A stretch of 64,000 bases of DNA from Psammoneis japonica (Eukaryota), in the NCBI GenBank assembly GCA_008632985.1, contig QPGO01000002.1, positions 744,001 through 808,000 of the forward strand, in the 5' to 3' direction. The notes below the pieces were generated by a model. That model was given only the letters and a program-made list of their open reading frames with translations. It did not search any database and had not been told where the DNA came from. Positions 52,675 to 64,000 of this stretch are shown piece by piece; within the stretch, counting starts at the first letter, position 1, and the number at the start of each line of letters is the position of its first letter. The translations under genes were made by a program, and so were the position numbers.

Positions 52675-55600
52675 CAGGAAATCATTGCATTTGCAGCCTG
52701 GTGTGGGTCATGATTGGTGCAAATCATGTCAGCCAGCAAGAGGTCAATTGAAAAAAAAACAGCAGGTTTGGTGCTGCAATGACTTCACAGAGAAGAAGAC
52801 ACTCTTTTTGCATGCACAAAATGTGGGTCAAAACAAAAAATGTCACTTTCTGGATGAAGCGCAGGATCACACCAACAAGCTTCAGAATGAAAAACCTGGT
52901 CACATGTCTTTTTAAATGTGTGGCACATTTTGAAAAATGCACTCCCGGGCACTGTTTTTCAAGTGTAGAATCTGTGTTTGACTCTTCCTCACAGGAATGT
53001 TTTGTGCATGCCTGGGTTTGCATTTTGTGGGTTGTCCTGTGGCACACAGAAAAAGTGTGTGTGCACACAGATCCTTGCTTGGACAGAAAGAACCGGCACT
53101 CTGGTTGGCTCAATGAATTTCACAAAAAATGTCTGGCATTGTTGAGCACAGGAGAGGGGGCAGGAAGCACCAGCATTGCCCCTGACAGAGCTGATCTTGG
53201 ATCAGCAGCCCAAGCACATGGGCAATCACTGTGGTTTCCCACCCAGTCACAGAAACTTTTCAGAGTGCTTCACACACAACAAGCAGTCTTCTGCAAGTTT
53301 GGCAACACAGAGTTTGCAAATGGAAATGACTTTCATCCAAACCAGAGCCTTGAGAGTTGAAAGATGCGCGGCAGTTGTCAGGCCACCATAGACAGACTCT
53401 TGAAGGCAGTGCATTCACTCTGAATCTTTTGAGGTTGGCGACATTCTGCTGCATGCAGCAAGGTGCCCTGCAGAAAACAGATGAAACAATGCCAAACCTC
53501 CTTTAAATTCTGGGTTTTGATGCTCATGGCTTCCAGCTCCTTGGCAATCTAAAAGACTTTGTTTGGCAAGGCATGGTGCAACAGAACACATCATCCCCAA
53601 ACTCTGTGCTGGCATCTGCAAGCCCTGCCATGTCTGAATGTCTGCTGAGATGTGACAATGCCTTGATCCCAAAGAAGGTCTGCCAACGGATTGTCTGCCA
53701 TTGGCTTGAATTGAGAGACATGCTGCAGTTGCCATTGTCTTCTTGTTCATGTTGAAAGATTGTTGCAAACCACAAGCCACTCTGGACAGACCTCATGAAG
53801 CAGTGCTGTCCAAATCTGTTTGATGTGTTGGTGACATTTTGTGCTGGAGCCATTGTGGCTGCCTCACGAGGCTTCAACTTTGCAGAGATCTGTCATTTCC
53901 AGTTCATCCCGAAGGGCTTCCTGAAGAGCTGCTCATGCAAGGCATGCAAGGTGACTTTCTCCTTCACACATGGAAACCAGAGGCCATTTGCTCAGATGAC
54001 ATCTGCAACACATTGAGTCAAGCTGGATGAGAATGGGGAGCCTGTTCCCACTTGCAAAAGCATCAAGCAACAAAAGACAGAACCCTGCTTCATGGGTTAA
54101 GATGGAAACAGAGATTTTGTTTGTGCCAGCTTGAGCAAAGATGATGAAGAGAACGAAAGAAAAGGTTGCACCACAGAGATCCAGCTGTGTGCTGATGATG
54201 CAATCAAACAAGCCAAAGCACACCATTGCAAGTGAGTTGAACAGTTTCAGCAAATTTGATTGTCCAGTTGTTGTTGAAATGCAAGCAAGCCTGTCTTGCA
54301 AGGTGGAAGGCAAGAATGTCCCCAAAACACACATGCTGCTTGTGCTCCCCGGTTGGAACATGACTCCTTCTAGAATTGCAACAACAAAGGTGGATTGGCA
54401 CTGTGCTTTTGCACAGATGTGCAATGCCATTGGAAGGAATTGGCTGATTGACATGCCAACTCGCCTCTGCTGTTTGATCCTTCAATTCTTGTGACTTTTT
54501 CCCCATGTGGCAAGTGCCAGAATCAGATTTGGATTTGGGGTGCAACATGTGTCTGGATGGAGAATGACGCAAGGGATGTTTGTTCCTTGCATCTTCAGCA
54601 CGCCACACATTTGGTCTTGGAGAAGACTGTCACATCAACTTCTTGGGTGTTGTTTTACCCAGGCTCCTCTCAATGTGCCATGAAGTGATGTGCCGCAATG
54701 AAGAGGCGCAGCCAGGACATCAATTTAGAAAAAGAGCGCACTGCAACTGTGTGAACAATGGAGCTTCTTGGACAAGTTGCTTGCTTTGTTGCAACTTTCT
54801 GTGAAACTGCTTGGTGCAAGTGAGTGATGAAGGTTATTCCCACACTAGAATCAAGACACTTGTGTGAATGTTTCTAGAGTTTTCAATTGTCCAGTCCTTC
54901 TCTGCCAGCAGTGAAAAACCTGCTTTGTCTGGACTGCAAGAACCCAACTCAAACTGGTCCTCAAAACAGGAACCCCACTGGCACAAAACAATGATGCAGC
55001 AAAAGACAATGAAGTGCCAAAAGGAAAAGGAAAGTGGAAATGCCAGCCCCAAGCCTTGAAGATGAGTGGGAAACCATCTGCCAACAGACACAAGAATGAA
55101 GCCAAGAACTGCCATGGAAAAAGAAATGGGAATCATGGAGGACAGCACAGAGGCAAGCAAAGAGGAAAGAGAAGCAACAGGCAAAACCAGAGGCAAAACT
55201 CCTCCACCAAGGCACCATGCTCCCCATCAAAATTGCCAAAAAAAATCCAATCGCTGCTGCATCAGAGTCCATGGTTTCATGCCAAATCCTGACGCCCCCC
55301 CTGTGGGAAAATGCAGCAATGGCTGTTGGCAAGATGAAAGCCATGGCACACTTCAACCACCCAGACAATGTGTCTTGCCATGACCTCTGTGCAAAGCTGC
55401 AACCACTGCCCGGCATCTTGGACAAACGACCAGGGCCAGCATCGCAAATGCTCAGGAGACAGTGAGCCACAGACACTGTGATCTTTGCCCTTTAACTCTT
55501 GTCACATTCTTCCACAGGCTTGTGCATGCATGCAAGGACAGCAGCAACTGGCTTGTCTTTGCACTCTTCTTGAAATGGTGCCTTGTTCAGCAGCTCTGAA

Positions 55601-56309
55601 ACTTGCAGCAGGCATTTCCCAGCTGCGGCAACAAGCTTGTTCCAAACTTTGTCATTAAAATCCTTTCACTCTGGCTTCCACACACTGATTTCCTTGTCCC
55701 TGATTTCAAGTGGGTGCACTCACAGCCATTGAATCCTTTGCTGTTTTTTTTGCAGGACAGACCATTGTCTGTGGATGCCAAGATCACAGCATGGGCACAG
55801 TGCACATTTTTGTTCAGCTGCTTCATCCATGAGAATGGCTTCTCAAGCACCCTTGGTGTGTCTTTCAGCTTCAAGCTGTGTTCCTGAGCAAAGCCTCTGT
55901 TGAGCTGGTCAAAAACAAGGTCCCAGCACAACTTTCTGTCTTTGCTTTTGTTGTGATTGACCTCATCCAATGCTCCAGTGATGGCATCAACAAATCCATC
56001 AATGGAGTTGCCATGGGTGGACTGATCAACCTCTGATTGTGAGGTGTCAACATTCAGCAATCAACAGACTGCCTCAATCAAGTGAAAGGCATCCAGCCAA
56101 CCCTCACAGTCTCGAACAAATGCAACAATGTGGCCACATGCTTGCAAACTTTGTGCCAAGTTCATCATGGAGTGCAGCTTGCCAATGCCATGTGTGTCAC
56201 ACACTGTGAGTCCAAGATGAGTGTTTTGGTCCATGAAGAGCACATTTTTTGTCTCCTGTGCTGGTTGCAGTTGATGCAAAATTCCATGATTTCCAATCAT
56301 TGCTTCTTT

Positions 56310-57475
56310 GTGTGAGCAAGAGGTGTGAGACATGTGTGCAAGACATGTGTGAAATGTGTGCAAGGTGTTTGCAACATGTGTGCAAAATGTTTGAAAGGTG
56401 TGTGGGAGGTTTGAGCAAGACACAAGCAAGTTGTTTGTGGGGCCTGTGCAAAATGTGTGTGCAAAGTGTTTTTGCATGTGTGCAAGGCATGTGCAAGGTG
56501 TGTGCAAGATGTGTGCAAAGTGTTTGAAAGGTGTGTGGGAGATTTGTGCAACACATGTGTGTGTCTCTGTGGTGTTTGTGAGATCTGTGCAAGACGTGTG
56601 TGTGGCACATTTGCAAGTTGTTTGTGAGATGTGGCAAGATGTGTGTGAGGTGTTTGCAAGACATGTGCAAGGTGTGAGTTGTGTTCAAGATGTGCATGAG
56701 ACATTTGCAAGATGTTTGCAAGATGTGCGTGATGCATTTGTGCAGTGTGTTTGCCAGATGTGTGTGAGATGTGTGCAAGGTGTTTGCAAGATGATGTGTG
56801 CCAGAGGATGTGTGAGTGCATGTGAAATGCACAACAGATGTGTGTGGGCATTGGGGGGGATGTGTTTGAGCCATGTGCAAGGTGTTTGGGAGATGTGTGC
56901 ACAATGTGTGCCAAACATGTGTGTCATGTGTTTGCAAGATGCACGCAATGTGCTTGCAAGAGGTGTGCATGATGTGTGCAAGATGTGTGTGAGGTGTTTG
57001 TGGGTCATTTGGGAGATGTGTGCAAGACCTTTGCAGTGTGTTTGCAAGATGTTTGCATGATGGCATCTGTGACATGTTTTCAAGATGTGTGCAAAGTGAT
57101 CGCAAAATGTCTGCTTGACACACGCAAGATGAGTGTCAAATGTGTGCAAGGTGTTTGCAAGGTGTGCGCAAAATGTTTGTGAGGTGTGCATGAGCTTGTG
57201 AGATGTGGGAAAGTTGGGTCATGATTGGCACAAATCATGTCAGCCACAACTTGTGCACAGGGCATTTGAAGGATGCACATGAGACCTTTGCAATGTGCTT
57301 TCAAGGTGTGTGCATGATGATGTGTGTGTCACGTGTGTGGTGTGTTTGCAAGATGTGTGCAAGGTGTGCTTTCAAGATGTCTGCATGCAAGATGTGTGCA
57401 CAAGATGTGTTTCAAATGTGTGCAAGGTGTTTGCAAGGTGTGTGCAAATTGTTTGTGAGGTGTGCAGGAGTTTTG

Positions 57476-57519
<44 letters not shown>

Positions 57520-58578
57520 TGGTGTGTGTGAGCTTGTGAGATGTGGGCAAGTTGTCTGCAAGATGTGTGCCAGATTTTTGTGCAAGAGGTGCATGTGAAA
57601 TGTGTGTGAGATGTTGTTTGCAGAGTGTGCGAGATGTGTGTTGGGTGTGTTTTGGAAATGTGTGCACAAGACACATTCAAAAAGTGTGTGCATGAGATGT
57701 GTGCATGATGTGTTCAACACAAGTGCAGTGTGTTTGTGAGATGTGTGCAAGATGAGGTGCCTGCAAGATGTGTGCAAATTGTGTGCAAGAGTTGTGCACA
57801 AGGCGTGTGTGAGGCCTTTTGCAAGTTCTGCTTGCACCAGTGTGCATGACACATGTGTGAGGTGTGAAAGATGTGTGCAACATGTGTGTGAGGTGTTTGG
57901 GAGATGTGTCAGAGATGTGTGTGAAGTGTGTGTGAGATGTGTGCAAAATGTTTGAAAGGTGTGCGGGGGAAATGTGCAAGATGTGTGTGAGGTGTTTGGG
58001 AGGTGTTTGCAAGTTGTGTGCAAGGTGCTGTGTGTGATGTGTGTGCAAGATGTGTGCAAAACATGATGTGTGAGGTGTGCAAGCATTGTGCATGATTCAT
58101 GTGTGAGGCATTTGCAAAAAGTGTGCAAGATGCATGTGTGAGGTGTTTGCAAGAGATGTGTGTGCAAGATGTGCATGAAATGTGTGCAAGACATGTCATG
58201 GGAGATGTGTGTGCGTGATGTGGCACAACATTTGAAAGATGTGTGAGATGTGCACAAGACATGTCTGAGGTGTTTGTGAGATGTGCACAAGACATGTGCA
58301 AAGCAAGTGTGGGTTGATTGGGAGATGTGTGTGAGGCATGAGTGAGTTGTTTGCAAGATGTGTTTGAGACATGTGGGAGATGTGTGTGTGTGTGTGCAAT
58401 GTGTGAAAAATGTTTGAAAGGTGTGCGAGATGTGTGCAAGACATGTCTGAGGTGTTTGTGAGATGTGCGCAAGAAGACATGTGTGAAGCAAGTGTGCTGT
58501 GCTTGGGAGATGTGTGCGAGGCATGAGCAAGTTGTTTCCAAGATGTGTTCAAAGTGCATGTGAGGAGTTTGCAAGACC
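56310..58578. repeat. TG-rich satellite block 4 (includes a (TG)n expansion at ~57477-57530)
   Basis: Same monomer as the other blocks. Confidence 0.92.
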
Positions 58579-61048
58579 ACATGGGCTCTCCAGGAAATCA
58601 TTGCATTTGCAGCCTGGCGTGGGTCATGATGAGCACAAATCATGTCAGCCAGCAAGAGGTCAATTGAAAAAAAAAACAGCAGGTTTGGTGCTGCAATGAC
58701 TTCACAGAGAAGAAGACACTCTTTTTGCATGCACAAAATGTGGGTCAAAATAAAAAATGTCACTTTCTGGATGAAGCACAGGATCACACCAACAAGCTTC
58801 AGAATGAAAAACCTGATCACACATCTTTTTAAATGTGCGGCACATTTTGAAAAATGCACTCCCGGGCACTCTTTTTCAAGTGCAGAAATTGTGCTTGACT
58901 CTTCCTCACAGGAATGTTTTGTGCATGTCTGGGTTTGCATTTTGTGAGCTGTCCTGTGGCACACAGAAAAAGTGTGTGTGCACACAGATCCTTGCTTGGA
59001 CAGAAAGAACCAGCACTCTGGTTGGCTCAATGAATTCCACACAAAATGTCTGGCATTGTTGGGCACAGGAGAGGGGCCAGGAAGCATCAACATTGCCCCT
59101 GACAGAGCTGGTCTTGGATCAGCAGCCCAAACACATGGGCAATCACTGTGGTTTCCCACCCAGTCACAGAAACTTTTCAGAGTGCTCCACACACAACAAG
59201 CAGTCTTCTGCAAGCTTGGTGACACAGAGTTTGCAGATGGAAATGACTTTCATCCAAACCAGAGCCAGAGTGCTCAGGGCAGTCAGCTCTGACAGCCTCA
59301 AGCTTGTTGGTGATCTGAAATGCCATGTTGAACAATGTTTGGCATGACCCAAGTGTGTCATCCCCAAACTCTGCACACATCTTCAAGTCGTGCCACAGCC
59401 CAGTGTCTGCTTGGACTCAACAGCATCTCTTGCCCAACCTGAAAAAGATCATCTGAGTTGCTGGCTTGAGAGTTGAAAGATGTGCAGCAGTTGTCATGAT
59501 GTCTTTTGTTCATCAATGTCAAAAGATCATTGCAAAACACAGGCTGCTGTGGACAGACTCTTGAAGGCAATGCATTCACTCTGAATTTTTTGATGTTGGC
59601 GACATTCTGCTGCATGCAAGAAGGTGCCCTGCAGAAAACAGATGAAACAATGCCAAACCTCTTTCAAATTCTGGGTCTTGATGCTCATGGCTTCAAGCTT
59701 GGCAATCTAAAAGACTTTGTTTGGCAAGGCATGGTGCACAACAGAACACATCATCCCCAAGCTCTGTGCTGGCATCTGCAAGCCCCACCATGTCTAAATG
59801 TCTGCTCAGATGTGACAATGCCTTGATCCCAAAGAAGGTCTGCCAGCAGATTGCCCGCCATTGGCTTGAATTGAGAGATGTGCAGCAGTTGTCATTGTCT
59901 TCTTGTTCATGTTGAAAAATTGTTGCAAACCACAAGCCACTCTGGACGGACCTCATGAAGCAATGCTGTCCAAATCTGTTTGATGTGTTGGCAACATTTT
60001 GTGCTGGAGCCATTGTGACTGCCTTGTGAGGCTTCAATTTCACAGAGATCTGTCATTTCCACTTCATCCCAAAGGGCTCCCTGAAGAGCTGCTCATGCAA
60101 GGTGATTTTCTCCTTTGCACATGGAAGCTGGAGGCCATTTGCTTCTACATTGATCTTCAGAGAGGAAGCACCCAGATGACATCTGCAACACATTGAGCCA
60201 AGCTGGATGAGAGTGGGGAACCTGTTCCCACCTTCGAAGGCATCAAGCAACAAAAGACAGAACCCTGCTTCATGGGTTAAGATGGAAACAGAGAATTTGT
60301 GTGTGCCAGCTCAAGCAAAGATGATGAAGAGAATGAGAGAACAGGTGGCACCACAGAGATCCAGCTGTGTGCTGATGACGCAATCAAACAAGCCAAAGTG
60401 CACCATTGCAAGTGAGTTGAACAGTTTCAGCAAATTTGATTGTCCAGTTGTTGTCAAAATGCATGCAAGCCTGTCTTGCAAGGTGGAAGGCAAGAACGTT
60501 CCCAAAACAGACTGGCCACTTGTGCTCCCTGGTTGGAGAACATGACTCCTTTTAGAATTGCAACAATGAAGGTGGATTGGTGCTGTGCTTTTGCACAGAT
60601 GTGCAACCCCATTGGAAGGAATTGGCTGATTGACGTGCCAACTTGCCTCTGCCGTTTGATCCTTTGATTCTTGTGACTTTTTTTCCATGCAGCGAGTGCT
60701 GGAAAATCAAATTTGGATTTGCCTCTGCCATTTGATCCTTTGATTCTTGTGACACTTTGTTCCCCACGCGGCAAGTGCTGGAATCAGATTTGGATTGGAG
60801 GTGGTGCAATCCATGTCCGGATGGAGAATGATGCAAGGGATGCTTGTTCCTTGCATCTTCAGCATGCCACACATTTGGTCTCAGAGACTGTCACATCAAC
60901 TTCTTGGGTGTTGTTTCACCCAGGCTCCTCTTGATGTGCCATGAAGTGATGCGCCATGATGAAGAGGCGCAGCAGCCAGGACAGCAATTTAGAAAGAGTG
61001 CACCGCAACTGTGAACAATGCTTGGATGAGTTGCTTGCTTTGTTGCAA

Positions 61049-61526
61049 CTTTCTGTGAAACTGCTTGGTGCATGTGAGTGATGAAGGATCATTCCTGCTC
61101 TAGAATCAAGGTGCTTGTGTGAATGTTTCTTGAGTCTTCACTTGCTTGCACTGCAGGTGCAGTCATTTGGAAGTGAGCTCACTGCTGGCAATCTTGTTGA
61201 TGACATCAAATGTTGAATGGACTGATGTTTTTGGGCTCGGGGGTTCAAGACAACCTGCAATTGAAAACTCTAGAAACATTCATACATGTATCTCGATTCT
61301 AGTGTAGGAATGAACCTTATCACTCACGCGCACCAAGCAGTTTCACAGAAAGGCAGTGCACAGTGTGATGAAAAGCGTCAATCGCATTGGTGGCTCAAGT
61401 CTGCAAAAAAGAAAACGAGATGGAGCCCGGTGCAGCTCGACTCCCTAACCCCAGTCCTTCTCTACCAGTAAAAAACCTACTTTATCTGGACTACAAGAAC
61501 CCAACTCAAACCGGTGCTCGAAACAG
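61049..61526 (+). mobile_element. Inverted repeat plus 5' end of the Penelope-like element, truncated at ~61526; right ~250 bp largely unmutated
   Basis: Aligns with 31993-32471; translates MEPGAARLPNPSPSLPVKNLLYLDYKNPTQTGARNR. Confidence 0.8.
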
Positions 61527-61569
61527 AAATAAGCACCACAAAGGGGACTTCAGACTTGAGGCATTTCCT

Positions 61570-62532
61570 CTATACCTCATCGCTGTCATCATCCGTGGAT
61601 TGTTCTTCCTGAGCGCCGGCTACGCTTGTTGCGGGAGTTCGACCCAATCCCTTGGCGTCCCATACAAAGCCTTCGTTGGAAAGCTTCATAATCTTTTCTG
61701 CTGTAATGTACGTTTTCTCCCCCCTTAGATATTTCTTGTAATACTGACGTTGTTCCGCTACCCAGGAACCCAGTCCACCAGGATTGTGCTGTGGAACGTA
61801 GGCATGCCCGTGTGCTGCCTTGTACTGTTTGAATTCCTCGAATCGGGTTTCCCAACTCTTGCGGTTTTGGCATGCACCTTCAGGCATACGATTCCCAGCC
61901 AGCCAAACAAATCCCAAGTCTTCGAGTTCTTTCTGTCGCTCATCGGTGAGGGAAGTTTTTTTACCGCTCATCTTGTCCTTGTAGGCGCGTCGCACGTGAC
62001 CAACCCATTTTCCTAAGGCAGTACCGTTCACAGGAACCTTCACATGGCCGTGCTGTGCATGGAACGCTTTTAGCGCCTTCATACGGTCTTCCCAAGGGGT
62101 GAATCCCCCGTTTGCTTTAAACACGAATTCAGCTTCGGTAAGCTTCACGAGCCTATGCGCATCGAGTGTCGACTCTTCTCCGTTTTTCAACTTCCTGTAT
62201 TCCTGTCGAATATTCTGAACCCAGTAACTCAGTTTCGTTTTTTGGTCACACGGGACTCTGGTGTGTCCGTGGACCCTCTTAAATTCAGCCAACTCCTCAA
62301 GGCGCTTATCGAACCTCTCCTCGTGTTTGCTCTTCTTTTTCGGTTTTTCTTGTTTCTTCTTGTTTGGTTTTTCTCGTTTCTTCTTGTTTGGTCCTCTCCG
62401 ATCTCTGTCAATTTTGGGATCGTAGTCCCTGTCGTCCGGATCATCCGCTGTGCTACCCATCTTCCTCTTCTTACCATTACCCGACTTACGGCGTGAACAC
62501 TCCCTCGTCTTTTTCGCTGCTTCCATTGTCAC
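61570..62532 (-). CDS. Helicase-associated (HA) domain protein, three HA repeats; true 5' end probably further upstream
   Basis: Three copies of (F/W)E.R...L..F...HGH..VP......L..WV...R..Y..........L...R...L....FVW. Possible upstream intron at ~62675-62748. Confidence 0.85.
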   Translation of the reverse strand: MTMEAAKKTRECSRRKSGNGKKRKMGSTADDPDDRDYDPKIDRDRRGPNKKKREKPNKKKQEKPKKKSKHEERFDKRLEELAEFKRVHGHTRVPCDQKTKLSYWVQNIRQEYRKLKNGEESTLDAHRLVKLTEAEFVFKANGGFTPWEDRMKALKAFHAQHGHVKVPVNGTALGKWVGHVRRAYKDKMSGKKTSLTDERQKELEDLGFVWLAGNRMPEGACQNRKSWETRFEEFKQYKAAHGHAYVPQHNPGGLGSWVAEQRQYYKKYLRGEKTYITAEKIMKLSNEGFVWDAKGLGRTPATSVAGAQEEQSTDDDSDEV

Positions 62533-62903
62533 TCTTCTTGTTATTGCGTTTGGAATGATCCCTCTACAGATATGCGAGTCGACGCTCGGTGCCTCACCGT
62601 CAAAGTCAAGCAGCGATGCTCATTGTGGTGATGTTCAGTTGTGCATCGCTGAGGTTGCTGGCATTCCCGAGCCTCTGCACATATAAATTTATTAATTTAT
62701 ATATAAATATATATATAGAATGGAAAGATGGGGAGTGTATGTACGTACCCAAGACCCTGCGGGGGAAGGACAGACATCAGCTAGCAAAACTCATGCATGC
62801 GCGCGCGGCACGTACGCTTTACGTAAGGTATCGTACTCCGCACTCTAGCTAACTACATAGTATCTAACTCTACTTTCCATCTTGGATCTACTCTACCTAC
62901 TCT

Positions 62904-62925
62904 AGAGAGAGAGAGAGAGAGAGAG
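62904..62925. repeat. (GA)n microsatellite
   Basis: agagagagagagagagagagag. Confidence 0.9.
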
Positions 62926-63364
62926 CTAGCTCTAGCTGTTAAGGCCCCAAATTTCTTGGGTTATTGTACAGTACTTCCTCTGGAAATGGCGGAAATAACC
63001 AGGGGTAATCTGATACAGAACGCTAGGGTGGACGCTTGTGTTTCTTGAGCTTGCTTTTTAGAGAACTGTCTCCCTAACTTTTCGGAGAGTTTTTACCACT
63101 GCTTCTTTCCATGCATGGCTCGCGAAAGAGACAGGTTGAGTTGGACTGCAGACTAAAGAAAGCATACCCAAGTTACTTTTATTTTCGCGACTTTGCTACA
63201 GCACAAATCTGCCTAGCAAGAACATGGCAGAAGGCCAAACGCGTTCCCAATGAATCACCGACGGACGCTCCCAGGAATTGCGTCCGTCCACAGCTTTGAG
63301 CCATCCCAAATGCAAACCCATGATCAGATTAAAAATACCTTACAAGGCTAGAGACAAAGCCATT

Positions 63365-64000
63365 CTAGTCCTCTTTCTGTTGCTCCGAAAACAGCAACTC
63401 GTACACCATTTGAGCCACGACACAATCCTGCACGGCGACTCCCGAAGAATCAAAAATTGAGAAATTATGTTGCTCTTCCTGCCGACCACCCTGGTTCGAG
63501 ATGTAGTCTCCCAATTCTACAACGCCATCTAGAGAAATGAGTCCTTGTTTCAGCGCTATTTGGAATTCACCGCGTTCTTGAGTTTGAAGCTTGGAATCCG
63601 CAACGAGCAAATCCGACTGGGTTACAAGTTCCGGGTCCAACTCATGCTTACCCGGAGCATCCGCGCCAATGCAAGTAATATGCTGTGGGCGCAATCTATT
63701 AACCGTGTCCAACTTGACGCCCAGCACAGATTCACGAGCACTTGTGGTGGTGACGACAACGTGGCACTGTTTCAGCAACTCGTTTGGCTCCTTTGCAACC
63801 TTGACATCCCATCCCTCACTCTCCATATCCTTACAGAAGCTATCTAGGTTCTCTTGAGTTCTTCCATAAACTAGAACTGAGCGACACAAACAAACGTGCT
63901 CTAGCATTCGCAACTGGTACCTGGCCTGAACGCCCGTGCCCAAAACACCAATGCAATCCACCATGGACGTTGGAAAGGAGGATAGCAAACACGCCTCCAG
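63365..64000 (-). CDS. Ornithine cyclodeaminase / mu-crystallin family protein (5' part outside the window)
   Basis: Rossmann IGVLGTGVQARYQL, VVTTT, HITCIGADAPGKHELD, ERGE, FDSSGVAVQD. Confidence 0.9.
   Translation of the reverse strand: MEACLLSSFPTSMVDCIGVLGTGVQARYQLRMLEHVCLCRSVLVYGRTQENLDSFCKDMESEGWDVKVAKEPNELLKQCHVVVTTTSARESVLGVKLDTVNRLRPQHITCIGADAPGKHELDPELVTQSDLLVADSKLQTQERGEFQIALKQGLISLDGVVELGDYISNQGGRQEEQHNFSIFDSSGVAVQDCVVAQMVYELLFSEQQKED

Larger units (their letters stand above)
24730..61526. repeat. ~36.8-kb gene-free repeat island (satellite + TE relics + segmental duplications), almost devoid of TpA and strongly depleted of CpG
   Basis: About 20 TA dinucleotides counted by eye in 24.75-35.8 kb, versus several per 100 bp in the flanks. 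Many near-identical ORF-track translations recur at fixed offsets (13915, 8961-8962, 8723, 15140). Confidence 0.95.

Noticed and set aside
24900..61100. Hundreds of His/Cys/Thr-rich ORFs of up to 438 aa that look like metal-binding proteins
   Set aside because: They are artefacts of TA loss (no TAA/TAG stops, no Tyr) in TG/CA satellite. They overlap in all frames and have no domain structure.
24730..61270. Classical fungal RIP or CpG deamination alone as the explanation
   Set aside because: RIP raises TpA and AT content, and CpG decay does not remove TpA. The observed TA->TG/CA changes run the other way.
61257..61526. Possible hammerhead ribozyme in the PLE terminal region
   Set aside because: CGAAAC is present but no matching CTGANGA core with stems could be found by eye.

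Overview
Eukaryotic genomic DNA, most likely a diatom (short GT-AG introns, HA-repeat protein, DSFGDGICC-type secreted domain). There are two gene-dense flanks. The left flank (1-24.7 kb) holds a Pex14-like/PUB protein, a coiled-coil protein, a 1.8k-aa protein with six double winged-helix modules, a chimeric 514-bp tandem relic, an M43 metallopeptidase, a W/K-repeat disordered protein, a BAR-PH-ArfGAP-ANK protein and a CCA-adding enzyme. The right flank (61.57-64 kb) holds an HA-domain protein and an ornithine cyclodeaminase/mu-crystallin. Between them lies a ~36.8-kb gene-free repeat island built from a TG-rich satellite, a Penelope-like RT relic, two TIR elements with 3-bp TSDs and ~9-10 kb segmental duplications. 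The main discovery is that nearly every TpA as well as most CpG in the island has been converted to TpG/CpA. Alignments of intact versus island copies inside this window show the direction (TA->TG/CA, CG->TG/CA), a context bias (surviving TAs are mostly YTAR) and a sharp right-hand domain border. This points to a domain-restricted, RIP-like hypermutation system whose TpA signature is opposite to fungal RIP. The hundreds of His/Cys-rich ORFs in the island are by-products of this process. All counts and alignments were done by eye and are approximate.
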